The translations under genes were made by a program, and so were the position numbers. A DNA stretch of 24,000 nucleotides from an uncultured Pseudohongiella sp. (GTDB lineage: Bacteria; Pseudomonadota; Gammaproteobacteria; Pseudomonadales; Pseudohongiellaceae). How positions within the stretch are numbered: the stretch's first letter is position 1; each line of letters opens with the position of its first letter. The DNA is taken from positions 1,732,393-1,756,392 of the forward strand of contig CBDDGA010000002.1 in assembly GCA_965227685.1 (NCBI GenBank). The letters are read 5' to 3'. The notes under the pieces are model-generated. The model did not search any database. It was not told where the DNA came from and saw only the letters and a list, made by a program, of their open reading frames with translations. Below, in pieces: positions 15,123-23,495 of the stretch.

Positions 15123-15860
15123 TCACAGTTTAAGCACATTTTTCATTTGTGCACTTTGTCTTCTTGAAACTGAAACCTCTTCCCCACTGCTCATGACTAA
15201 TACATAATTTCCGTTTTCAGTAGATTCCACTTTTTTGACTTTACTTAAGTTCACTATCGTGCCTCTGTTAGCACGAAAGAATAACTCCCTACTGAGTCTG
15301 TTTTCGATATAACTCATTGTATGTTGAGCTACTATATTTAGGTCCTTTCCCTTAATTTTGACGTAATTACCAATCGATACAATTGTCTCTATTTGTTTAG
15401 GAGTGAATAATTGCGATTTCCCACCATCGTTTATCAATATGGGTTTTTCCATATTTACAAGATTTGAGCTACTCCGATCACTGGCTCCCCCAGCCCGAGA
15501 TCTATATTTGTCCAATGCCTGACCTAACCGGTTTAATTCTACTGGCTTGTGTAGGTAATCAATAGCGTTTACGTCAAAAGCTTCTAATGCATGACTAGGA
15601 TCAGCCGTGCAAAAAATAATCATGCAATTTTCCTTGGCAATTAACCCAGCCAGGTGGAGCCCTGTGATTTCAGGCAGACCAATATCTAAAAATAGTAAAT
15701 CAGGCTTAATTTCCCGTATCTTGCCTATTGCATCCTTCGCGTTGTCTGCCTCGAATTCAATCTGAATATCATCAAACATCCCAAGCAATCGTCTCATCTC
15801 ACTCCGCGCTAATGGCTCATCATCCACTATAGCGACTCTTATAATATCTGCTGATGTCAC
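15123..15860 (-). CDS. Two-component response regulator, REC plus LytTR DNA-binding domain (AlgR/LytT family)
   Basis: The N-terminus VAIVDDEPLARSEMRRLL...PDLLFLDIGLPEITGL is a receiver domain. The C-terminus ...IVSIGNYVKIKGKDL...FFRANRGTIVNLSKVKKV is LytTR-like. GTG start at 15860 with GAGGAA 7 nt upstream, overlapping the kinase stop. Confidence 0.85.
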   Translation of the reverse strand: MTSADIIRVAIVDDEPLARSEMRRLLGMFDDIQIEFEADNAKDAIGKIREIKPDLLFLDIGLPEITGLHLAGLIAKENCMIIFCTADPSHALEAFDVNAIDYLHKPVELNRLGQALDKYRSRAGGASDRSSSNLVNMEKPILINDGGKSQLFTPKQIETIVSIGNYVKIKGKDLNIVAQHTMSYIENRLSRELFFRANRGTIVNLSKVKKVESTENGNYVLVMSSGEEVSVSRRQSAQMKNVLKL

Positions 15861-15871
15861 GGCTAGATTCC

Positions 15872-16993
15872 TCAGTGATCCACAGGTATAAATAATTCTG
15901 TATGAACGAATTTGTCGTTTTGATAGATTTTTAGTTTTGCGCTACTACCATAGAGAAGCCTGAGTCGTTCTTTGCAATTATCAAGCCCTATCCCAAGCCC
16001 TTTACTTTCTTTATCCAGTCGTCCTTCATTTACTATGTCGATCTGAACTCCGTCCTCGTGCATTGTGCTTCCGAGCTGCAGTAGCCCTCCCTCAATCCTC
16101 TTGCTAATTCCATGCTTCACTGCATTTTCCACAAGTGTTTGTAAAAACATCGGAGGGATCTTGATATCTAATGATTCAGCACTCCAGTCCCTTTCAATTT
16201 TCAATCTGTTCTCAAGCCTGACTTTTTCGAGGTCAAGAAAACTGTCAACTATTTCCAATTCATCTTTTAGTAGAATTAACTCATGTTGCTGCTCTAACGT
16301 ATTGCGCAGAATTACTGAAAGTGCCGAGATCATTTCCGATGCCCGGTCCTTATCTACATAGATCAATGATCGAATATTGTTCAGTGAGTTGAACAGAAAA
16401 TGAGGATTGAGTTGTTGGTTCAGAAGCTTCAACTCTGCAATCTTCTGTTGCATCCTGAGAGCTTCATTTCGATATCCCATTTCCCTATTCCTGTTCCAGG
16501 TTTTCAACCCCCAATAAATGCCTCCCCAGCTTAGATAGATTACCCACATAAAAAGACTGCTGCGAAACACTCTGAATGGAAGAGCAGATGCGACTGGCCC
16601 AAGTTCCTGAAATGCATTCAATAAGGCCTCTGGCGGAGGAAGGACAGTGTCAACGAGTGCCAGAATGGGAATCTCAATCAGGCTGGCACCAAGTGCAACT
16701 ATAAAGGTTGCAGCAATAGCTCGCTTCCAGAATTCGGGAATACTCAACTCTATCCACTTCTGGCTTTTAAACCATAAACGCAATAAATGGCTTCCTGTAA
16801 ATCCCAACAGCGCTATATAAACCCCAACTATCAGCAGGCGGTCTGCTGACTCTATTCCTTGTGCATTTAGGCGGTTACTGGGGAGAACAAATAGAATATA
16901 GATAGCCAGAAAACCCAGCCACCCCACTGCCTGACACCACCAGTAGTACCTGGTAAGCGACAAGTCGAACTCAGATTTATCTGGATCAAGCAT
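15872..16993 (-). CDS. Sensor histidine kinase, LytS/AlgZ (His_kinase PF06580-type) family, membrane-bound
   Basis: The N-terminal half is hydrophobic (about 4-5 TM helices). LNPHFLFNSLNNI is the signature phospho-acceptor box of this family. The HATPase region has ENAVKHG and GLGIGLDNCKERL. Confidence 0.85.
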   Translation of the reverse strand: MLDPDKSEFDLSLTRYYWWCQAVGWLGFLAIYILFVLPSNRLNAQGIESADRLLIVGVYIALLGFTGSHLLRLWFKSQKWIELSIPEFWKRAIAATFIVALGASLIEIPILALVDTVLPPPEALLNAFQELGPVASALPFRVFRSSLFMWVIYLSWGGIYWGLKTWNRNREMGYRNEALRMQQKIAELKLLNQQLNPHFLFNSLNNIRSLIYVDKDRASEMISALSVILRNTLEQQHELILLKDELEIVDSFLDLEKVRLENRLKIERDWSAESLDIKIPPMFLQTLVENAVKHGISKRIEGGLLQLGSTMHEDGVQIDIVNEGRLDKESKGLGIGLDNCKERLRLLYGSSAKLKIYQNDKFVHTELFIPVDH

Positions 16994-17542
16994 ATACAGT
17001 AAGATTTAAACCGATCTGAAGCTTTCAGGGTTCTATGATATTAGTGGGCTACAGAGAAATCTACTCAATTGGTCCTATGATCCAGACACTACTTCCTATT
17101 GCGCTAATCCCTCCACTTCCTGGAGATAAGGGCTGACCTTATTGGATTATCCAATTGCCAGAGCTCGAGCCAGGACCTTTTCCGTCTTGCTAATCAGGTT
17201 TGCAGTTAAACCAACCATCACTCCTCATAAACCTGTATGAACAACTAAAGCCGAGCAATTAGGCACTTTGAACTCAAATAATTATCTTAGCGAGATGCAC
17301 AAGAAAGCGACTTACGCTGCCGGGACCCCCAGTTGGATATAGCCTCTTTGGAAACCCACATCGGATTCGAAGTAATCAAGGCGGACCTCCGGTTCAACCG
17401 AACTGGAATTCTGTAGATTGCCACATTAACGAGGGTAAATTCTGCCGAAAACTGGACAACCCGCCCATAGTGGCGCACAGTCTGAATAAGCCATCACAGC
17501 CATACCCATGAACAAAAACAAACTAATTCACGGGAGTAAACA

Positions 17543-19006
17543 ATGGACAGACTCGACAAAGACGGTACTCGACTACCCATCAAGATCGACAGCACTTCCA
17601 ACGGCGAATATGAACCTATTCCAATTGACGAAGTAAATGAACTCGGTAACAAATCAGCCATGGAACAGGCAACTGAGAATGCTAAACGTAAAGGTCAGTC
17701 TCGCCGGGAATTTCTGGTATCCAGTTGTGGTGCTGCCAGCACTCTATTGGCCATGAATCAGGCCAATGCCTATCACGGTCGCACCGGTGGCTTTTTCGAT
17801 CTGCGCGATGAAAGTGCACTGGATGATGATTCCGCCCTGGCTCAGGTTGGTGGAGGTGAGTTCATCTTCGACGTACAGGGACACTACGTAAACCCGGAAG
17901 GAGACTGGCTAAGCAGAATTCCACCAAGTGCTCGTCCCTACGCCGGTATGCAGAAGGCTTCCTGTGAAGTAGCAAATACCGGAGGCGATCGCGGATACCT
18001 GGGTTGTCTCGGCCAAAGTGAATTCATCAAGGACATATTTCTGGATAGCGACACCGATATCATGGTGTTGTCATTTGTGCCCTCCACCCGGGAAACGGAG
18101 CCAGTCACTATAGAAGATGCAGACGAAACCCGCCGTATTGTTTCTGAGCTAGAGGGCAGTAAACGTCTGATGATCCATGGCCGGGTAAATCCAAACCAGG
18201 AGGGTGACCTTGAAGCGATGGACGAACTGGCAGAAAACTGGGATATCTCGGCATTCAAGACCTACACACAATACGGTCCGGGTGGAATCGGTTTCTTCCT
18301 CAGCGATGATGTAGGAAGAGAGATGATTGAACGGGCTCGCAGTCTTGGGGTGCGCAATATCTGCGTCCACAAGGGTCTGCCTTTTGGCCCCCGTTCCTAT
18401 GAACACAGTCAGTGTTCAGACATAGGAGTTGTTGCTAAAGACTATCCTGATATGAATTTCCTGATCTATCACTCAGGGTTCGTTGCCGGCAATCAGGAAG
18501 AGCCTTTTGTTGACGGTACCGGCCGCGATGGCGTGGATACACTCATCCAGTCACTGGTAGACAACGAAATAGCTCCAAACTCCAATGTCTATGCGGAACT
18601 TGGTAGCACCTGGCGTTACCTGATGCGCGATCCCGACAACGCAGCGCATGCTCTGGGCAAGATGTTCCGCTACTGCGGAGAAAACAATGTGCTATGGGGC
18701 ACCGATTCCATCTGGTATGGCTCGCCACAGGATCAGATTCAGGCATTCCGCACTTTCCAGATATCGGAGCAATTCCAGGAACAGTACGGTTATCCGGAAA
18801 TTACGCCTGAGCTGCGGGCTAAGGTGTTTGGTTTGAACGCAGTAGGTCCGTATGGCATAGATGAAGCTGAAGTCCGGGCACTCACTTCAACCGATATGGT
18901 TGCCACAGAGAAACTGGCTTATCTGGAAGACCCCCAGCCAAACTTTTTGACCTACGGACCAAAGAATCGCAGAGAATTTCTAAATTTTCTCAAGTGGGGA
19001 GGTTAA
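17543..19006 (+). CDS. Amidohydrolase-2 (TIM-barrel metal-dependent hydrolase) family protein with a twin-arginine signal motif
   Basis: GGGAG lies 6 nt upstream of ATG 17543. SRREFLVSSCGAASTLLAMNQANA (Tat motif codons from 17699). The C-terminal half has NICVHKGL, LIYHSG and NVLWGTDSIWYG, resembling the Amidohydro_2 metal-ligand strands. Confidence 0.7.
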   Translation: MDRLDKDGTRLPIKIDSTSNGEYEPIPIDEVNELGNKSAMEQATENAKRKGQSRREFLVSSCGAASTLLAMNQANAYHGRTGGFFDLRDESALDDDSALAQVGGGEFIFDVQGHYVNPEGDWLSRIPPSARPYAGMQKASCEVANTGGDRGYLGCLGQSEFIKDIFLDSDTDIMVLSFVPSTRETEPVTIEDADETRRIVSELEGSKRLMIHGRVNPNQEGDLEAMDELAENWDISAFKTYTQYGPGGIGFFLSDDVGREMIERARSLGVRNICVHKGLPFGPRSYEHSQCSDIGVVAKDYPDMNFLIYHSGFVAGNQEEPFVDGTGRDGVDTLIQSLVDNEIAPNSNVYAELGSTWRYLMRDPDNAAHALGKMFRYCGENNVLWGTDSIWYGSPQDQIQAFRTFQISEQFQEQYGYPEITPELRAKVFGLNAVGPYGIDEAEVRALTSTDMVATEKLAYLEDPQPNFLTYGPKNRREFLNFLKWGG

Positions 19007-19017
19007 TCGACCCCGGA

Positions 19018-19063
19018 GGAAAAGGGTCACCGCTTCAGGATTCGCGGAGACCCATTTTCCGCG
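19018..19063. terminator. Hairpin-forming region between convergent genes; putative bidirectional terminator
   Basis: GGAAAAGGGTC (19018-19028) pairs with GACCCATTTTCC (19049-19060) with one bulge. The alternative is CGCGGA (19043-19048) with TCCGCG (19058-19063). It lies between the amidohydrolase stop (19006) and the putA stop (19089). A T-run at 19075-19080 follows on the plus strand. Confidence 0.4.
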
Positions 19064-19088
19064 CAACCGTCTTAGCTGTTACGATTTT

Positions 19089-22000
19089 TTAGTCTGCGTC
19101 ATCAATGGTAAACAGCTGGGTATTGCCTCCTTTGGCAACGATGTTGTCGGTTCGCGTTTTTTCCGCAGCAAAGCGCAGTAAATAATTCGGCCCGCCCGCT
19201 TTGGGCCCCGTTCCCGACAGCCCAAGCCCGCCAAAGGGGTTGACCCCGACTACCGCACCCACCATGTTTCGATTGATATAAGTGTTTCCCACCCTGGTGG
19301 ATTCGAATATTTCCCGGGCAAAGCCATCGATGCGACTGTGAATGCCAAGTGTTAATCCGAATCCCGATGCATTGATATCATTAACGACTTTGGGGAGTTC
19401 ACTTATCTTAAAGCGGATGACATGCAACACAGGTCCGAAGACTTCCTTCTCCAGCTGAGAAAGTTCTTCTATTTCCCATACCTGGGGCGCGACGAAGTGC
19501 CCGTCAAGATGTTCATCACCCAGGGTGCAACTAGCCAATAACCTGGCTTCGCGCGTCATTCGATCGGCGTGACGCTCAAGCATATGCTTTGCTTCCTGAT
19601 CAATCACCGGTCCTATGTCTGTGTGTAATGAAGATGGATCTCCGATATTCAGTTCCCTCATGGCCCCCATCAGCATATCGATGACGACATCGGCAACATC
19701 TTCCTGCAGATACAGTACACGCAAAGCACTGCAACGCTGCCCCGCGCTTTGAAATGCAGAAGTTATTACATCATCTACTACCTGCTCGGGTAGTGCTGTT
19801 CCATCTACCAACATGACATTGAGCCCGCCGGTCTCAGCGATAAATGGCACGATAGGACCATCTCGCATAGCTAACTGCTGGTTAATTAGTCGCGCTGTTT
19901 CGGTGCTTCCGGTAAACGCAACCCCGGATATTCGCTGATCTGAAACCAAGGCACCACCTACAGCCGCACCGTCGCCCGGTAACAGATGAAGTACATCACC
20001 GGGCACCCCGGCCTTCAGGAAGAGTTCTACTGCGCGGGCTGCAATCAAAGGAGTCTGTTCGGCCGGTTTGGCGATTACCGAGTTACCGGCTACTAATGCA
20101 GCCGCTACCTGACCTACAAAAATAGCCAGAGGAAAATTCCAGGGGCTGATGCAGAGAAACACACCTCTACCTATATAGCTGAGCTGATTTTCCTCTCCAG
20201 TGGGACCAGGTAGTAGAACGGGAGTAGCAAATTGCACTCTTCCCTGTTGGGCATAGTAGCGACAAAAATCTACAGCTTCCCTTACTTCGGCAACCCCATC
20301 ATCGATGGTGCGCCCCGCTTCAGCCACCAACAGACTCACAAGTTCAGGAAGTTTAGTTTCCATCAAATTGGCTGCACGCTCCAAACTGGCGGCGCGGCTA
20401 TCGGCGCCAAGGCTGTTCCATTCGAAGTACGCTTTCGCGGCCAGCTCCAGTGCTGTTTCGATATGCACCGTGGTTGACTCGACCACATGGCCGACGACCA
20501 GCTTATTCTTTGCAGGGTTATGAATCTGCCTAGAATCTCCGGAATTAACCTGACCTCCGATCATCGGTGACGAAGCGAACTCTCCATGCTTAAAACTCTG
20601 TACAGCCTCAAGCAGACGATCCACATCGATAGAATTAGAAAGATCGATTCCGAGCGAATTGATCCAGGGGCGGTCTTCGTTATCATAAATATTTCGCGGT
20701 AATGGAATTCCGCCATGACGCAACGAATTGACGGAGGCGATTTCGAGTTGCGGATCTTGCACCAGTTCATCTGGGGACACCTGGGCATCGAGAAATCGAT
20801 TTACAAATGAACTATTGGCTCCATTTTCCAGCAGCCGTCGCACCAGATAGGGTAAAAGGTCCTTATGATTGCCTACAGGAGCATATACTCGAACAGCTAT
20901 ATCCGATCGATCCAGAGTGACTTGCTCGTAGAGCAACTGCCCCATTCCATGAAGCCGTTGAAACTCGAATGACTGCCCTTTTTTGAGTAACGCCTGAATC
21001 AATGCCACTGTGTGAGCGTTATGGGTAGCAAATTGAGGATAGATTTCACGAGGATTTGCCAACAGCTTTTGCGCACAAATCTGATAGGAAAGATCAGTAT
21101 TCGCTTTTCGGGTAAACACTGGATAGTCGCGCAGTCCCAGTTCCTGTGCATGTTTTATCTCACCATCCCAATAGGCGCCCTTTACCAGTCGAACCATCAA
21201 TCGCCTGCCTGAATCCTTTGCCAGCTGTACCAACCAATCAGCGATAGAAGTTGCTGACTTAAGGTAGGCCTGCAAAACAAACCCCAAGCCATCCCAATCA
21301 GTTAACTCAGGATCACGCGCAAGCGCTTCAAACACATCTAAAGATATATCCAGGCGGTCCGCTTCTTCTGCATCGATACTAAAACTAATGTCCCCTTTTT
21401 TCGCCATCAATGCCAGTTGCTTTAGTCTGGGAAACAGCTCACTCAAGACCCGGTTCTTTTGACGATATTCATAGCGGGGATGCAGGGCGGATAGTTTGAC
21501 GGATATACCGTTGTTTGTTTTCAGACCATCGGAACCTGGCTTCTCGCAGATCGCATCTATGGCCTGAGCATAGGAATCAAAATAACGCTTCGAGTCTTCT
21601 CCAGTACGAGCACCTTCTCCCAGCATGTCGAAGGAAAAGCATGCGCCCAACGACTCATCCTCTCTACTCTTCCGTATTGCCTCATCGATCGTGCGACCAA
21701 GTACGAACTGCCCACCCATAATGCGCATGGCCTGTAACACGGCATGGCGCACGACAGGTTCTCCAAGCACATTGACTACTTTCTTTAACCAGGAACTGGT
21801 ATCACTTACGGTGTCTTCATCAAGGCTCACAATCTTACCGGTGAGCATCAACCCCCAGACAGAAGCGTTCACGAAGCTTGAATCCGAACGACCCTGATGA
21901 GAAGCCCAATCGCCAGATGCGATTTTTTCTGCGATCAGTCTGTCTGCCGTTTCTTCGTCAGGCACCCGCAGCAAGGACTCCGCCAGACACATGAGCGCAA

Positions 22001-22235
22001 TTCCTTCCTTGTTGGAGAGTCCGAATTCCTGAAGAAAAGAGTCCAGAGTTCCTGCTCTGTGCCTCTGCTGCCGACAGCGTTCCACAAGACTCACGGCAGC
22101 AATGCGGATGCCCTCTCTCTGGGATTCATTTAAACGGGATGCTGCAACGAGGTTCTGAACGACATCCGTTTCATCAGCGCGCAAAAGTTCGGAAATTTGC
22201 ACTCTTAATTTATTTTCAAATAGATTCGATGTCAT
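19089..22235 (-). CDS. putA: Bifunctional proline dehydrogenase / L-glutamate-gamma-semialdehyde (P5C) dehydrogenase
   Basis: 1048 aa. The PRODH half has FSFDMLGEGARTGEDSKRYFDSY and ISVKLSALHPRYE. The ALDH half has FTGSTETARLINQQLA and ETGGLNVMLVDGTALPEQVVDDVITSAFQSAGQRCSALRVLYLQED (catalytic Cys). There is no N-terminal ribbon-helix-helix domain. Confidence 0.9.
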   Translation of the reverse strand: MTSNLFENKLRVQISELLRADETDVVQNLVAASRLNESQREGIRIAAVSLVERCRQQRHRAGTLDSFLQEFGLSNKEGIALMCLAESLLRVPDEETADRLIAEKIASGDWASHQGRSDSSFVNASVWGLMLTGKIVSLDEDTVSDTSSWLKKVVNVLGEPVVRHAVLQAMRIMGGQFVLGRTIDEAIRKSREDESLGACFSFDMLGEGARTGEDSKRYFDSYAQAIDAICEKPGSDGLKTNNGISVKLSALHPRYEYRQKNRVLSELFPRLKQLALMAKKGDISFSIDAEEADRLDISLDVFEALARDPELTDWDGLGFVLQAYLKSATSIADWLVQLAKDSGRRLMVRLVKGAYWDGEIKHAQELGLRDYPVFTRKANTDLSYQICAQKLLANPREIYPQFATHNAHTVALIQALLKKGQSFEFQRLHGMGQLLYEQVTLDRSDIAVRVYAPVGNHKDLLPYLVRRLLENGANSSFVNRFLDAQVSPDELVQDPQLEIASVNSLRHGGIPLPRNIYDNEDRPWINSLGIDLSNSIDVDRLLEAVQSFKHGEFASSPMIGGQVNSGDSRQIHNPAKNKLVVGHVVESTTVHIETALELAAKAYFEWNSLGADSRAASLERAANLMETKLPELVSLLVAEAGRTIDDGVAEVREAVDFCRYYAQQGRVQFATPVLLPGPTGEENQLSYIGRGVFLCISPWNFPLAIFVGQVAAALVAGNSVIAKPAEQTPLIAARAVELFLKAGVPGDVLHLLPGDGAAVGGALVSDQRISGVAFTGSTETARLINQQLAMRDGPIVPFIAETGGLNVMLVDGTALPEQVVDDVITSAFQSAGQRCSALRVLYLQEDVADVVIDMLMGAMRELNIGDPSSLHTDIGPVIDQEAKHMLERHADRMTREARLLASCTLGDEHLDGHFVAPQVWEIEELSQLEKEVFGPVLHVIRFKISELPKVVNDINASGFGLTLGIHSRIDGFAREIFESTRVGNTYINRNMVGAVVGVNPFGGLGLSGTGPKAGGPNYLLRFAAEKTRTDNIVAKGGNTQLFTIDDAD

Positions 22236-22407
22236 TATCGGCTCACAAAAATTCGGAGAGTCGAGCCGTAGCGCATTTAAAGTTGCCAGGCTGATTAATG
22301 GACCAGGACATAAGCCATATTTAAGAAAATGCCAGGCAAGTAGTCTTTCATTGGCTTGAATCGACAGCCTACTTTGCCCCTGTCTATTAAGTTGATACTT
22401 CTGGAGC

Positions 22408-23241
22408 TCAGGAACCGAACTTATTTCTTAATCGGGTCATTTTCCATTCAATTATGAATAGCCCTAATCCCAAAATCATAAAAAAGATGCCTACGATCAT
22501 AATTAGCCGATTTACAGAATTTGGGATGGTCTGGGAATCTATGAATGTAAACATCCGGGTTCCCATGCTTCCTCCCGCTACACTATTTCCATAGATATCA
22601 GTTGTATCACTGGGTATCGAGTCCTCTTCTATATAAAAAGTTCCCCGAAAAGTAGCACTCACGATTTCGATGAACTCCCGGCGGGATCCCAATTCCAGTT
22701 CTTTCTCGCTACGAACTTCGCCGAGCATGCGGTCATACTGGGTTTTAGCAGCTTGTGTTTGCCCGCCAACTCTCGCTCTTGCCATGTCACCAATTATGCT
22801 TCGCCTGTCTTCAAACAGGTTCTGCGGTTCTTCAGGGTAGACCAACCCTTCCGATTGATAGACATAGAATTCTTCATTGATTACACGCATGTCGCCTGCG
22901 AACGCCAGAGCAACACCCAACGCAAGACTGATAGCCGCCACTAACAACCAGTTTCTGGCATCATTGACAATTTGGAATTTCTTCTCCTGCAACATCCCAC
23001 GTACTTCCGGCAAGGATGCAAGGCTATTGCGCACATATACAGGGTCCAGTTCCTGTAGCAACTCGTCCAGCGATAGCTCAAATGTCTCAGCGATACTATT
23101 TAGCAAATCGCTGGAAGGAACACTCTTGTCATTCTCTATTTTGGACAACCAGGACTGCTCTATCCCCAGACGTTCAGCCAGATCTGGCTGAGTCCAATCT
23201 CGCTCCTGTCGTAGCTGTTTTACCTTCTCTCCGAATAACAT
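22408..23241 (-). CDS. Membrane-anchored XRE (Cro/C1-type HTH) family transcriptional regulator
   Basis: The N-terminal HTH is KVKQLRQERDWTQPDLAERLGIEQSWLSKIENDKSVPSSDLLNSIAETFELSLDELL. Two hydrophobic helices (WLLVAAISLALGVALAFAG and LIMIVGIFFMILGLGLFII) bracket a soluble segment of about 130 aa. Confidence 0.75.
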   Translation of the reverse strand: MLFGEKVKQLRQERDWTQPDLAERLGIEQSWLSKIENDKSVPSSDLLNSIAETFELSLDELLQELDPVYVRNSLASLPEVRGMLQEKKFQIVNDARNWLLVAAISLALGVALAFAGDMRVINEEFYVYQSEGLVYPEEPQNLFEDRRSIIGDMARARVGGQTQAAKTQYDRMLGEVRSEKELELGSRREFIEIVSATFRGTFYIEEDSIPSDTTDIYGNSVAGGSMGTRMFTFIDSQTIPNSVNRLIMIVGIFFMILGLGLFIIEWKMTRLRNKFGS

Positions 23242-23495
23242 AGTTGCGCTCTCCTGTAGTTAAGCTAGCGCCATTACCGGTTATTCTTCAAGGAATAAAT
23301 AGCGAAATATCAGCAAATATTGGGGAATTTATGGGGAGGCCAACCAGGAGAATGCAAACCAGGTACTGGGCAATCTTTGAAAACGAAGAAGGATATCAGG
23401 AAAACAGGAAGAGAGAAGATAATCAGATTGCATACAAAAGGAGCAGCAACCCTCGCATTGAAGCGATGGTCCTGCCCCTTCTGGGCTCTCAGAAT

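Noticed and set aside
17287-17478. Track ORF of 63 aa on the minus strand in the kinase/amidohydrolase divergent intergenic region
   Set aside because: It has no RBS, an Arg/Ser-rich low-complexity product, and sits in a probable promoter region.
17380-17500. Structured-looking leader upstream of the amidohydrolase. It has a CCGGTTC..GAACTGG hairpin, repeated AATTCTG and CCGAA(AA)CTGGA motifs, and an AGGGTAAATTCTGCCGAAAACTGGACAACCCGCC stretch vaguely reminiscent of a cobalamin-riboswitch core.
   Set aside because: The B12-box (GCCACTG) and the conserved GGTG..AA.TCC elements are not actually present. The repeats are mirror-arranged rather than base-pairing. I cannot support a riboswitch call without a covariance-model scan.
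17938-18836. Track ORFs antisense or off-frame inside the amidohydrolase gene (17938-18258, 18149-18406, 18543-18746, 18648-18836)
   Set aside because: They are shadow ORFs within a well-supported 487-aa CDS.
20232-22133. Track ORFs inside putA in other frames or on the other strand (for example 20232-20477, 20561-20788, 21625-21897, 21897-22133)
   Set aside because: They are shadow ORFs within the 1048-aa PutA CDS.
22337-22380. Inverted repeat GGCAAGTAG...CTACTTTGCC downstream of the XRE gene, as a possible terminator
   Set aside because: The stem is imperfect and the loop is about 25 nt. A T-rich run follows on the minus strand, but overall it is too weak to list as a feature.
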